DNA of 64,000 nucleotides from IMG/VR virus record IMGVR_UViG_3300050122_000263, positions 1 to 64,000 of that record; one strand, 5' to 3'. Shown piece by piece: positions 30,519 to 41,107 of this stretch (position 1 is its first letter; each line of letters starts with the position of its first letter). The notes under the pieces were generated by a model. It saw only the letters and a program-made list of their open reading frames with translations, ran no database searches and was not told where the DNA came from. The position numbers and the translations under genes were made by a program.

Positions 30519-31739
30519 ATGGATCTCTCCTATGTACCGAGAGCAGTTCTTACTGAGATTTTCTTGTCTCTGCCTATGAAGGATACTTTTAATTGTGTGC
30601 GTGTCTGTAAAGCGTTCCACGCAGTCTTTGCGGATGATATGGTCTGGCGAAAACTACACAGTATGTGGATTCCTCTACCACCAATACTAGGCCTTACTTG
30701 GCAGCAGTCCTTCAAGAAGCGCTACTTAGACTGGTATCTGCCAGTGCCCCGGGCTGTAGAAAAGAGATTACAGGCTTTGACAGAAGAGCTGTGGGCCGCC
30801 AGCAAGGCTCGTCCATCTAGTTTGTGTGCTGTGCTCAAGCAGAAGGGGAACGTAGCTTTCATAAATTTCTTTTCACCTGATTACACCCAGTTTCGCATCC
30901 TGAGAGACACAATCGCACAACCGCTCGAAATCAGACAATGCCAGTATTATCCTATTCGATCAAGTAATATCACTGCTTACCAACATTTCCTCTCATTTCT
31001 GCGCCTAGGTAACCACAGGATCGTCTACTTGATGGCACAACAACTCGGCACACAACATATCACTATACCCGCCAATCATGATGCAATGAGTTATCAAGTG
31101 GAGCCACTGTGTGATCTAGTTGCTCGCTATGAGAGTTATGACTGCAAGGATGAAGTCACGAGGAAACTGAAGGAAGCCAGGAAAGCTGCAAGTGGGGGCC
31201 GAACACTGTTCTTCTGGACGATCGACTCTGTTATCTTTGTACATAGAGAGAATATGCTTGTTACTAAGCAAGAGTTTTGCGCTATGCTTATCGACCTGTA
31301 TCGTCGCACACTACCTCGTTGGAAACGTGTGCGAGAGGTCAGGATGAAGTATCGGCCTACTTTAGGAGCAGCCTCCAAGCAATACGCTATGAATATTGGC
31401 AGAGTCTTACCTGGTCTCCTAACTGATGAGTGTTTCGCTTTGTCAGAAGAAGCTATAGCTGCTCTTTCTCTAGTGGGTAGCTGTAACATTGCAGTTTTCT
31501 CCATAAACTTCCCAACCACTCGAGCAGAAGTGGCACGTCGTCGAGCGGAATGGGCAAGTGAGAGATGTGGGTCTATTGGCGTTAACTGTGCCAGAGCTGG
31601 TTGGGGACAACTACTACAGTTTGCTTCTCTATTACAAATCCCTCAAGACAGCATTCCTGAGGAGAGAGATGAACCAGCCAGACAACAAATCATCGCCCTT
31701 CTTAAGGCGAGACTGCTTGAGCTGAAGCGGTTAGTATGA
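30519..31739 (+). CDS. F-box protein
   Basis: VPRAVLTEIFLSLPMKDTFNCVRVCKAFHAVFADDMVWRKL; ATG at 30519. Confidence 0.8.
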   Translation: MDLSYVPRAVLTEIFLSLPMKDTFNCVRVCKAFHAVFADDMVWRKLHSMWIPLPPILGLTWQQSFKKRYLDWYLPVPRAVEKRLQALTEELWAASKARPSSLCAVLKQKGNVAFINFFSPDYTQFRILRDTIAQPLEIRQCQYYPIRSSNITAYQHFLSFLRLGNHRIVYLMAQQLGTQHITIPANHDAMSYQVEPLCDLVARYESYDCKDEVTRKLKEARKAASGGRTLFFWTIDSVIFVHRENMLVTKQEFCAMLIDLYRRTLPRWKRVREVRMKYRPTLGAASKQYAMNIGRVLPGLLTDECFALSEEAIAALSLVGSCNIAVFSINFPTTRAEVARRRAEWASERCGSIGVNCARAGWGQLLQFASLLQIPQDSIPEERDEPARQQIIALLKARLLELKRLV

Positions 31740-31751
31740 TTCATTAAAAAA

Positions 31752-31773
31752 ATGTCCCTGATTATAGGGACAT
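31752..31773. terminator. 3' hairpin between convergent genes
   Basis: ATGTCCCT-GATTAT-AGGGACAT preceded by an A-run. Confidence 0.65.
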
Positions 31774-31809
31774 CTCAGAGATATCATTGGAAATATTTTT
31801 TAGCAATCC

Positions 31810-32283
31810 TCAGTTGGTGCTGGCAATTTCGTAGTACTCCACATGATTGTCGGGGTTGAGGGGATAAAATCGCGTTAATCCTCCAAACTTTAAGCCAAAG
31901 TACCCACTCTCCTTGAGAGCGGGGATCTTGTTGATTGCCTTGAAGATAAACCATAGAGGGATACCCTCATAACGGATAGGCTCGTGAATCGTTACTGACA
32001 TTCTATTATCAGTGTAGACATTCCTATCGAGCGTGATCAGAACAGAGTGAGCCCTAACCGCTAGACTAACATCCTTGGGATCACTGCCTATGGTCCAGAC
32101 AATTTCTTCCAGAACAACTCTCTCGCCCTGTAGGTTTTGCTGGGGACGTTGGCCAAATTGCTGTGGCGGTGACTGCGCAAATTCTCCCAATCCTTCATTA
32201 TATAACTGATCAGCAATCTGTTGCTGTCTCCGCTGCAATGGATTAAGCGTGCCAAAACCGGGTGGAAAGAAATTCTCTTGCAT
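31810..32283 (-). CDS. Hypothetical protein with Gln-rich N-terminus
   Basis: 157-aa ATG ORF with AAAATTGA upstream. Confidence 0.65.
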   Translation of the reverse strand: MQENFFPPGFGTLNPLQRRQQQIADQLYNEGLGEFAQSPPQQFGQRPQQNLQGERVVLEEIVWTIGSDPKDVSLAVRAHSVLITLDRNVYTDNRMSVTIHEPIRYEGIPLWFIFKAINKIPALKESGYFGLKFGGLTRFYPLNPDNHVEYYEIASTN

Positions 32284-32338
32284 TGCTTACTTTGATTACT
32301 TCGGCTGCTTTAATTGCTCCAGAAAAATCTCAGAGTGC

Positions 32339-32346
32339 TCAATTTT
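32339..32346 (-). promoter_or_regulatory. AAAATTGA motif
   Basis: Exact octamer on minus strand about 55 nt upstream of ATG 32283. Confidence 0.45.
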
Positions 32347-32405
32347 TCTCCTGCCTGTGATCCAGCTATAATTCAAAATTTATCCTCCCAAACTCAGCAA
32401 CTAAT

Positions 32406-32427
32406 AAAAACCTTATACAAGGTTTTT
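32406..32427 (-). terminator. 3' hairpin
   Basis: AAAAACCTT-ATAC-AAGGTTTTT, 27 nt past the stop at 32455. Confidence 0.65.
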
Positions 32428-32454
32428 TTCAACTTCAGCCTCACTAACCCCAGG

Positions 32455-35400
32455 TTAGGAGATATTGTCTACATCCTTCATAGCATAGAGAAGAGTCTCA
32501 TTAAACATGGATGATGCGTAGTAGCAAGCTGTTCCCATATACACCGTGCTAGCCATACGAATGCATTCCTTACCAGAGAGTACCCCTTCAACCATCCGCT
32601 TGATTGATTCCTCCTGTGCAACCAGCCTGCCGGCCTTGATGTTAATAGTGATAAGCTCGTTGAAGAACTGGATCTCCTCAGGCTGCAACTTATCACGCAG
32701 CTCCAACATGGAGATGACGCTCTCACCCACCTGCTTATCTGGAGGAGGCCCCTTGTTAGTTTGTTCCTCTAGCAGAGGAAATGTGTGACCAGGGCCCTTC
32801 CAGCGGCGCATATAGAGACCGGCGCAAAACATCAGATGAAAAGCCTGCCTCATTATATCCTTGTTCTTCTGATCCATGAGTGCGATGACGGCTTTGGTAC
32901 GATCCTGGGCGGAACTCATATCGAGACCATTGGTTATGACATCTTCGATAGCCTGATAAAGTTCAGCCTTACCCTCATCGCAACTCTCACCCTGTTTCAA
33001 CAAAGTGAGCAGCTCCATAAGCTCTGCTTTAGTGAAGTACTTCCTGGGATCTTCGGGGTGGCGAGCGATCAGCACATCGTTCATACACCTACAGGATTCG
33101 ATCAGATCGTTGTATTCATAGACCTGGTAGCGAGACCAGGTGCCATAGGCCAGCATTGGCACCTCCGAACTAGTAACTTCCGTCAGCCCAGTTACAGTGA
33201 CCTTGTTCTCGGCATAGCGTCGTTTTGGATCAACCGGAATGAAGAAGCTGGGAGACTCGTAAAGGCGATTAATTGCTCTAACCAACTGTGCCCTGCCGCT
33301 ATAGGCAGGATAAACCCCTGTCCAGGAGATCAAGACGTTATCCGGCAACTGCATCAAGTAGCCTAGACGCCATTCTTCTATCGCGAGAAGATCTCGTTTG
33401 AGAGGATCACAACTCAGCGGCCCACCGATATACGGATCATTCCATCTTGGGTTATCTGCTAGAATATCCCCGATCGACCTGGTCCCAGTGATGCAGTATT
33501 TATAACTGAACAGGTTACCCAATGTATATTCCCGAATCTGTGTCATGGAAGCTTGTTCATAACCACGGGTGCAAATCGACATATTTCTAGTTCCTGGGCA
33601 TACCATGCCGAACTCAAAGTAGAGCTCTGAAGGATATATCTCACCTTTGGCCAGCTGAACTACCAAAGATTCCAAGCGATCCGGTTCTCTAGCAAGAATC
33701 TCCCAGATCTCAGAGCCGATGTAAAAATGAGTAAAATCAGACACTAGCTCATAGCGTACCCATTCACAATAACGCTCTTTCTTGGCGGCATAACTGGCGG
33801 GCACCCCTTGCAAGATAGTCCGCACCATCTCATCTGGAGACATAACAACAGTCATCTCTGTCTCATAACAAGGTAACAGCTTAAGAATAGCCTGTCTTAG
33901 CTCTGTGCTTGCTTGTAGCAGAAGTGTGCTGTAGCTGTGAGGTATTGAAGCATGTTTCAAGAAATAGGCGTATTTCAGATAGGATGGGATATGAGCATCC
34001 TCTACCCTACCCACTTCGTGCAGAGCAGACCAAATTCGACACACATAGGATGGCCGAGCGTTAAGGGATATTAGATCAATCCTGTGAACCTCTCTGATCC
34101 AGCTCCAATTCTCTTGATCCAGAATCCTCAATCTGTCAGCATCCATATCTTGAGGGTTAATTCGTCGACTGAGTAGCATATCTATGAACTCCTTCATGGT
34201 CAAGTGCTCGTAGATATTAATCTCTTGGATACGAGCTAAGAGGGCTTGATCTGCTGGAGACAACTGCTCAGGCTCTGGAGCTTCTGGGGCAGATTGTTCG
34301 GTGGCTTGTGAAGCTCTCTCGAATGAAGCTCTCTGGAAAACTCCCGGAAAATCTCTCTGGCGAGTGTTTGGCTGCTGAGATCTCCGAACAGTCTCTGGAG
34401 CTGGTACCCCAGTTCCCTGGAAAATTTCATCGAAAGCTCTCGAAAAAGGCGATCCATCCCGCCTTCCTCTTGTCGTCATTGTAATAGGGTAGAGCCGCTG
34501 AGATCTACGGATGGTCTCTGAAGATTCATCACTATCCGGCTCTTGGATGGCAGCTGCTCTTGTCGTGCGAGAATTGTGCAGATCAGATGCTGAGGTAACT
34601 TGTACTGGGGTCCTTTGGAGATCTGGATCCGCCGCAGATAGATGACCATCTGGCCCACCTACAAAGTCTAACATGTGATCACCTCTAGATACAGCCTCAT
34701 TGTCAAGTTTATGGGCTGCCAGCTCTGCGACTGTGAATAATGGAATCCTGGTCTGCAAGCTAGCACGGTGTCGCGCTAATTCTGTAGCCTCCCTGGCAGC
34801 ATCAGCGACCGAGCTTGCACGAGCTGCCACAGAACGCTCTTCAACTTCCTCAGAACCGTCAGAAGTATCTTCGTAGGAACGCTCAGAACTATCAGGATCT
34901 GAACAGCGTGTCTCAACACTGTGACGCTTAGTTGCATCGATTACCTCCCTGACACGGTCATGCTTGTCACGCGATTCTCCAGTGCCCTCAGAAACATGCC
35001 TAGAGCTCTGAAGATCTGTATCAGCTACTTCCTTGAGGTGGATATCGAATCGCCCCAATCCCCTGATCTCATTACGTAACACAAGCTCTCTGACACGGCC
35101 ATACTTATCAAGAGATTCTTCTTGCCTCTGTCTGTCTGGGGAGCGGGGAACTGGTAGGGAAACAGGTGAAACTTGAGTTTCTATCGGTTGCTCCGGAATT
35201 GCCCTTTCTCTATTGATCTCATAGATATATGGATGTGTTCTATGTCTACGGGCAGGGATTGGCTTTGATATATCGGCCTTCCCAACATATGCGGTTGTTT
35301 TGTTGGCATGTTTATAGACAGGGCTAGGAGGCTCATCGTTTTCAGAGGAGGGAATAAGTGGATCTCTTGCAGGTGGAAGGGTGTCATCCCGAACAATACT

Positions 35401-35979
35401 GGGATAGAGACTCTTAAAGTATAACTTCGGAACGGCTGTAGATAGAAGCGGATTTGGAGCATCATAGAAATCGTGATCATCTGTGAAGAGACGCCGTCTC
35501 ACGGCAGGGTTCCTCAGTTGTCTCTGTTCTGCAAAGAGTCCAGATAACATGCCCTCCTCTAGTGTGTCTTCAGGATTACTCGCAATGGCTGGAGTTGCTG
35601 GAGGATTGGCATCAGGAGCATGAAAGCCTGTATTCTGCTCAGAGGAATCTGGTGCTTCAGACGCAATATGAGAACGAGATTTAATAGCATTAGGGTGAAG
35701 ATACTGTTTCTTGTGAAGAGATGATAGTGGTGTCGTGGATTCATAAACAAGCTGGATATCATGGGGCATCGGTCCTGGCTCTGCCATAACGCTGTCTGTG
35801 TCGGAATAGCGAACTTTACCTTGATGTCGTAGAATCTCAGCAAAATAAGGATTGATCCATGAAGCAGGGAGCTGAGATCCAGTTTCCTGAGTATCATCTG
35901 AAACACGCTGACGCTCCAACTCCTCCCTCTCAACAGCCCAATCTTGCAGATCTTCTTGGCTTCTAGATGTCCCTTCCAT
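32455..35979 (-). CDS. Large protein: disordered N-half with PolB-like motif relics, globular C-half of unknown function
   Basis: 1174-aa ORF; N-half S/E/R/P-rich containing YSDTDSVM and FKSLYPSIV; C-half helical with AGLYMRRWKG and CIRMAS. Confidence 0.8.
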   Translation of the reverse strand: MEGTSRSQEDLQDWAVEREELERQRVSDDTQETGSQLPASWINPYFAEILRHQGKVRYSDTDSVMAEPGPMPHDIQLVYESTTPLSSLHKKQYLHPNAIKSRSHIASEAPDSSEQNTGFHAPDANPPATPAIASNPEDTLEEGMLSGLFAEQRQLRNPAVRRRLFTDDHDFYDAPNPLLSTAVPKLYFKSLYPSIVRDDTLPPARDPLIPSSENDEPPSPVYKHANKTTAYVGKADISKPIPARRHRTHPYIYEINRERAIPEQPIETQVSPVSLPVPRSPDRQRQEESLDKYGRVRELVLRNEIRGLGRFDIHLKEVADTDLQSSRHVSEGTGESRDKHDRVREVIDATKRHSVETRCSDPDSSERSYEDTSDGSEEVEERSVAARASSVADAAREATELARHRASLQTRIPLFTVAELAAHKLDNEAVSRGDHMLDFVGGPDGHLSAADPDLQRTPVQVTSASDLHNSRTTRAAAIQEPDSDESSETIRRSQRLYPITMTTRGRRDGSPFSRAFDEIFQGTGVPAPETVRRSQQPNTRQRDFPGVFQRASFERASQATEQSAPEAPEPEQLSPADQALLARIQEINIYEHLTMKEFIDMLLSRRINPQDMDADRLRILDQENWSWIREVHRIDLISLNARPSYVCRIWSALHEVGRVEDAHIPSYLKYAYFLKHASIPHSYSTLLLQASTELRQAILKLLPCYETEMTVVMSPDEMVRTILQGVPASYAAKKERYCEWVRYELVSDFTHFYIGSEIWEILAREPDRLESLVVQLAKGEIYPSELYFEFGMVCPGTRNMSICTRGYEQASMTQIREYTLGNLFSYKYCITGTRSIGDILADNPRWNDPYIGGPLSCDPLKRDLLAIEEWRLGYLMQLPDNVLISWTGVYPAYSGRAQLVRAINRLYESPSFFIPVDPKRRYAENKVTVTGLTEVTSSEVPMLAYGTWSRYQVYEYNDLIESCRCMNDVLIARHPEDPRKYFTKAELMELLTLLKQGESCDEGKAELYQAIEDVITNGLDMSSAQDRTKAVIALMDQKNKDIMRQAFHLMFCAGLYMRRWKGPGHTFPLLEEQTNKGPPPDKQVGESVISMLELRDKLQPEEIQFFNELITINIKAGRLVAQEESIKRMVEGVLSGKECIRMASTVYMGTACYYASSMFNETLLYAMKDVDNIS

Positions 35980-36088
35980 GCGGCCCTTTATCTGGATCGA
36001 AAATAATAGGAGTATGTTAATTCATTTCTCATTACCACTTCAATTTCATCAGTAGTAATGGCCGAAGTTTTTACAACTTAAATGACAG

Positions 36089-36265
36089 CTATTTCTTGCC
36101 AACCAGTTTCATGAACTCTATCCCCTGACCTCCATAAAGTAACTGAATTCTGATATCTTTCCAGATTGGGTCTTCTTCAGGCGGGGTAAAGTTAGCAGTA
36201 TCTTCCCGTTTCTGCTTTTCATTAGTTTGAGTCTTATTTACATTGTCGGTGAGCTTGTTCTCCAT
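36089..36265 (-). CDS. Possible micro-protein (58 aa)
   Basis: ATG at 36265; fills the gap between two large minus-strand genes. Confidence 0.4.
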   Translation of the reverse strand: MENKLTDNVNKTQTNEKQKREDTANFTPPEEDPIWKDIRIQLLYGGQGIEFMKLVGKK

Positions 36266-36344
36266 CTCCACTTTATCAAATAACCGCAGAGTTTTCAGCT
36301 TTCATTTCGCAAAATGGCGATAATGTTCTGCATGTTGTAGGGCC

Positions 36345-36367
36345 GATATTAGACATACTCTAATATC
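36345..36367 (-). terminator. 3' hairpin
   Basis: GATATTAGA-CATAC-TCTAATATC, 10 nt past the stop at 36378. Confidence 0.6.
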
Positions 36368-36377
36368 TTGATATAAG

Positions 36378-39308
36378 TTAGTACATTATCTTGTAGCAGC
36401 GCTGTACTTGGAGGGGAAGTGGTACAGCTCCCAGTTTCAGATCTGAGTCTACATACTCCCAGCCGCGTACTATGTTACAGTTGTACTCACCTCTTGCTTG
36501 CTCTGCGTGTGGATCAATCACTTGATCGGCCTCATCCAGGAAGAGAGTATATGCAGATTCGACCTCCATTTTGACGCCCATCCAGCCTCGGATTGGTTGA
36601 AAACGAGCAGGGTTCAGAATGTAGATGTCGAAATCAACCGCATATACCAGCAGTCGTACACGTTCCTCTTCCGTCAGCGATTCGATGGGGTGGTGAAGAT
36701 CACGTAAAAAATCTTCACCACCTTCCCCCACAGGCAGAGGACTGACACGCATAATGCCGTGTATTACCATGCGCAGTGATCGTGCTTGAGGTAAACGGCC
36801 CGGATCATGTAGCACTTCTCCTGGCAGCACTGGCAGTCGCGCATTACTATAGGGGAAAACGTCAGGATTTTCGGTAAGTGGATCAATATTCCGAACATGC
36901 CGCAAGATAAACCCTCCATATAGGAAAACAGGAATCTCAACATCCGAGAGAGTAGCCCTTATTCCGCCTGGTATTAGGGGTGGGGGAGCTCCTTGTGTTA
37001 TCAGCGGTAGCACAATCTTGAAATACTGGGAGTTGAGCTCTTCCAAGACATCTCCAGCCTCTTCTTCCTCGTACTCCTTTGGGTCGACATCGTGTAGTTC
37101 GGCAACCAATTCTCTCAGCCGTGGTAAGTCCAGCTGGGTGCTGGCTTCAACGAAATCATGTGCTTTCTCGATGTATTCATCAAACCCGTTACGAAAGCGG
37201 CCACCATATCGAATACGTCGTAGGATCTCTTCTGAACGCGTTGATCCTAACCGTTTTATCGGTGCTTGTGCACGCCTGGCAGCTTGCGAGCGACTTGCGA
37301 CGCCTCGCATATCTTTACTCACAGGTAGCTTTGTATGAGGTGAAATAGTCGTTCTGAAAGAGTGAGGCTGAACAAAGTAGTCCTGCATAGAGGAGTAGAT
37401 TCCACGCAGGCCCCCTTGTTGGATAGTCTTGCCAAGTACCGCACTTAGACGTTGGCCTCCGTCTCTACCTGTCTTATATTGCGGTAGGGGATAGGGCAGC
37501 ACCGCAACGAATCCTTGTGGATTAGTGCCGAAGGTTTCGATTTGAATGGGAGCTGCTTCTCCATCAACAACGGCATTCGCTGCTGCCTCTACAATTGCAT
37601 CATAAACTTGTTGGTTCATATCCCATTCTTCTTCCCTTGAACGTGTGACAATAACATAGTTGTCACGTCGTTGCACATGACCGGGAGGCGGTATATCTTC
37701 ATGGACGGTAGCGGCAGCATAGCGAAGAAAATAATCTCCACCCTGTCCTAGAATCTCACCCCTATGGTCCCAGGGATATATACGTGGACCATCTGCTGCC
37801 GTGCCACGCCGTTTCTGCACACGGATAGGCACATCTCTGCGTAGCAATAACTTGTTATGATCACGAAAATCCTTTGTATAATAAGTGAAGCGTGACTGGC
37901 TAACCAGAACAAATGGTTGTTCTGTTCTCAGAGAAAAGCCTCTATAAAGACTCTTAACTAGTCGCAAGCCTCGAATGTTGTAGCGAATCAAGACAGCATA
38001 ACGCTTACGGTAATAAAGCGAGAAATAAGGAGTACAACAAAATCCACGGTAGACATCATAACCTACCTGAATGTTTGAAGTGTCAAAGTTCATAAGTACC
38101 TCCGATGCTGTGTAGCAGTCGGTGTTGATAATCTGCAGTGCGAATTGTTGAGTACCCTTCAATCGGATGAGAGACAGTACCGAGCGTTCCACTTTGTAAG
38201 TATAGCCTGGACCTCCTGTTCTGACAGCTTTCTCCTCTTCTGTCAGATTACGTTGCATCTCGGGCACAGGTAGAGCAAAATCAGCGCGGTTGGGATAATG
38301 CTCCAGTAGCCAGGCGAACAGTATTTGAAAAACATCCCTACGTGCCTCGGCTGTTGGGCCATAGATGAAGAGATCGATATCTGTTTTGTCTGCAAAGCCC
38401 TGATAAAGCCACTGATCAAGACAGATTGACAACATACCACCTCCAATAATAAAGCCAGCATTATGGGCTGGATATTTACGCAACAGTTGTTGACCGACTT
38501 CCTCATTGAGGCGCAGAATATCAGGGAAGATACCAAGTAGACGCTGAATAAGGATCTCTCGTGACGGTACCTGCACTATAGGGCTGCCATCTTCGTGGAT
38601 GGGTGGAGGAGTAGTGAAGGCGTTGGGCTGTACAAGCGCTAGCTCACCCGTGCTCAGATAATCCGGCAGTTGTTGGGACTGTCTGAGTGGATCGAGCAAG
38701 AAGAGTGTTGGCAGAAAGCGATCGATACGCTCAGCTCTGGTATAGGGGTAGCCGCGCGGCAGCAGCGCTAAAGCATATTGCTCATTATGCTCGATAAGAG
38801 TGTGGTAGTAGCGGATGATCTCAGGTGTGAAGGAATCCTCTTGAAACAGTTTATTGCTCAGTTGTTTCAAGAAAGCTGATATAACAAGTGGGATGTATGG
38901 GAAGCCCTCAGCTACTATCTCAAGGTAGGGCAATTGATCTGGAGATAGGGCGTTGAAATAGCGAGTTAAGAGCTGTTCAATGAGATTGCAGGTACTGCTC
39001 ATACATCTAAGACGCTTGTTAATGAGCATAATGTTGAGTATAGCATCTTCTGACAAGTTTGTTTCAGCCAGAGGCAGCTCATTAAAAGCGCTCTGATAGA
39101 AGTTGATGACTTCATCCAGAATCACTGAGTTAAGGGTAATTAGGCCTACTAAATCCGATTCAGGAATAGTGAAAGTGTATTTCTGATTGCCCGTGCCTTG
39201 GTTAAACTTGACTAATGCATTTAACGCTTCTGAGTGTTTGGCTGCTTGGATCTGGCTTAAGATGAGAGTAGTTGGGCCAATAGTTAGTAGCACGGGAGAT
39301 TCTTGCAT
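36378..39308 (-). CDS. Family A paralog 1: BTB-like N-terminus + nucleotidyltransferase-fold domain (motifs intact)
   Basis: GFIIGGGML...DKTDIDLFIYG and LMNFDTSNIQVGYD; shares N-terminal and GYP..ERID..LFLLDPL blocks with 42915 and 49530. Confidence 0.7.
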   Translation of the reverse strand: MQESPVLLTIGPTTLILSQIQAAKHSEALNALVKFNQGTGNQKYTFTIPESDLVGLITLNSVILDEVINFYQSAFNELPLAETNLSEDAILNIMLINKRLRCMSSTCNLIEQLLTRYFNALSPDQLPYLEIVAEGFPYIPLVISAFLKQLSNKLFQEDSFTPEIIRYYHTLIEHNEQYALALLPRGYPYTRAERIDRFLPTLFLLDPLRQSQQLPDYLSTGELALVQPNAFTTPPPIHEDGSPIVQVPSREILIQRLLGIFPDILRLNEEVGQQLLRKYPAHNAGFIIGGGMLSICLDQWLYQGFADKTDIDLFIYGPTAEARRDVFQILFAWLLEHYPNRADFALPVPEMQRNLTEEEKAVRTGGPGYTYKVERSVLSLIRLKGTQQFALQIINTDCYTASEVLMNFDTSNIQVGYDVYRGFCCTPYFSLYYRKRYAVLIRYNIRGLRLVKSLYRGFSLRTEQPFVLVSQSRFTYYTKDFRDHNKLLLRRDVPIRVQKRRGTAADGPRIYPWDHRGEILGQGGDYFLRYAAATVHEDIPPPGHVQRRDNYVIVTRSREEEWDMNQQVYDAIVEAAANAVVDGEAAPIQIETFGTNPQGFVAVLPYPLPQYKTGRDGGQRLSAVLGKTIQQGGLRGIYSSMQDYFVQPHSFRTTISPHTKLPVSKDMRGVASRSQAARRAQAPIKRLGSTRSEEILRRIRYGGRFRNGFDEYIEKAHDFVEASTQLDLPRLRELVAELHDVDPKEYEEEEAGDVLEELNSQYFKIVLPLITQGAPPPLIPGGIRATLSDVEIPVFLYGGFILRHVRNIDPLTENPDVFPYSNARLPVLPGEVLHDPGRLPQARSLRMVIHGIMRVSPLPVGEGGEDFLRDLHHPIESLTEEERVRLLVYAVDFDIYILNPARFQPIRGWMGVKMEVESAYTLFLDEADQVIDPHAEQARGEYNCNIVRGWEYVDSDLKLGAVPLPLQVQRCYKIMY

Positions 39309-39362
39309 CTCAGTCTTGTGATCCTCTTTGAGGAGTTTTTATATGGGGGCTTTTTGGGGATT

Positions 39363-39386
39363 TTTATCTCTATTAATAGAGATAAA
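39363..39386. other. Perfect 24-bp palindrome in divergent intergenic region
   Basis: TTTATCTCTATT|AATAGAGATAAA. Confidence 0.7.
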
Positions 39387-39419
39387 CAATAATAACTCCA
39401 TTTTCCGATATTTCAGAAA

Positions 39420-41025
39420 ATGGAAGCTTCTCCTGGTGCAGTTGGTTGTTTTTACAATCCTAGGCCAGAACCGGGGCGCTGTTTGAAGGATTTACAATCA
39501 AATAAAGTTGATCCTCAGTGTCAGCTAGTACAGAACACATGCCAGCTACGGGTAAAATCCCCCCCGTATCACGGTTACAGTGCCACCCACAGTGAAGACA
39601 ATCAAATTATCGGGTCCTGTTACGGCATATTGTGGAACGAAGGCTGATGGAAAGAAATTAATGTTCTTTGGCGATATACATGTTAGTACAACTAACAGTT
39701 GCTCACAACCCTGTCAAGATATAGATTCTCGCACAGGAGAAATACTGAATCCAGGCGAGACTCGCTGCATGGATATCAGCAGTTTTCTCAGTAATCTCTT
39801 CCAGAAAGCCGAAAGTAAAGGTGAGTACATTGATTTCTATTTGGAGATACCTTTTCTCGCCAAGAATAGGCCCATTCCTAGCAGAAACTTTCTCGCTAAC
39901 AGAGTACCAGAGGTGGGTTACATCCCCAAGCTATTTGCCATATTCTACGATTGTTTCACCAAGAACTATTGTAACTTCAAATATGTCCGTTTTCACTATG
40001 TTGATGTGAGAAATCAATACCAACGATCAGATATCCACGATCTAGTGATGCGAATGCATGCCATTATTAAAGCAGATCCCCGCAAATTGGTACCTATGCG
40101 GGCTATGCCTGGCTATAGTCCCCTGATAGAAGAGGTCATCACATCGGCTGAGCCGGAGACAGCCACTACTACTTGGAAATTCGCAACATTTGAGAATTAT
40201 TTGACAGAACGCTACGAGAAATATCCTACTGCTTTTGTCAGCGAGAGGCAAGGATTTGTCCGTACAGGGAGGCATCCTTATTTTGAAATAACTGATCTTC
40301 TTATTCGAGCCACTTATTCCTCCGACAAGGGAGCAGAACCACGGAATTTTCAACTCTTCCATTTGATGCTCACCAGTAATGATTATGCGGCCGATGCACG
40401 GCGTTTATTCGCCGATGTACTACGTCAGCTTGATACTCCCAGCGCTCTGGAAGTTGATCAAATACTGGTGAATGTTAATTTACTGGTTAACCGTCACGGA
40501 GCTAACATGCATCGCATTCGGGCTCAGCTCTTTGAATTGGAACTGGAAGGTAAGGAAAAAGAGGCAGCCAATATCGTCGATTTCATCAGTAAACTCTACC
40601 GAGCTAATAGCACCAATGGGACTATTCTAGCCGGATGGCAGGAAGTTATGAATTTCTACGTTATTTTTATTTCCACAGCTACTACGGAAGAAGTTAATAA
40701 ACAGTTCGCACAACTAACGGTGGCTTTGAACAAATTCCCCCGTGAAAGAATCGTACCGGGAGCAGCCACAGTGACCCTCGACATGGATGCATATACCTTG
40801 GCTCGTATGGAGAGAACCTATCCTGCCGCAAAGAAAGGTCACGTCCCTTCCAAGTTAGTCGTAGTTTACGCTGGTAATCACCATATTGATACTTATCTGG
40901 CTTATTACTCACAGGTGGAAGGAATACAATTCACCGGAGATAATCCCAATAATCTCGTGCCTTATTCTCTCATCCCAGATCCCATACGTTGCTTAACTAT
41001 TGACGCAAGTGTCTTCACACTATAA
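39420..41025 (+). CDS. Hypothetical protein split by one extra base at a C7 run (Cys-rich N-terminus + possible TraB/ChaN-like domain)
   Basis: ORF 39420 (ATG, Cys-rich) and ORF 39580 (no ATG before conserved-looking SGPV...FFGDIH) join in frame if one C is removed from 39559-39565; C-terminal VVVYAGNHH. Confidence 0.6.
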
Positions 41026-41107
41026 CATTACATTCATAACTATTCTATTTCTGTGAATACTTTGCCATCTACGAACCGTGCCGAATGAAAAAAATAATTT
41101 TTATCTC

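Noticed and set aside
32546-33366. Plus-strand ORFs 32546..32788 and 32785..33366 (193 aa)
   Set aside because: Fully antisense to the 1174-aa gene, with no motifs.
32455-35979. Calling the 1174-aa protein a DNA polymerase B
   Set aside because: Motifs are in the wrong order, motif A lacks its Asp, there are no exonuclease motifs and the surrounding sequence is disordered; reported only as relics.
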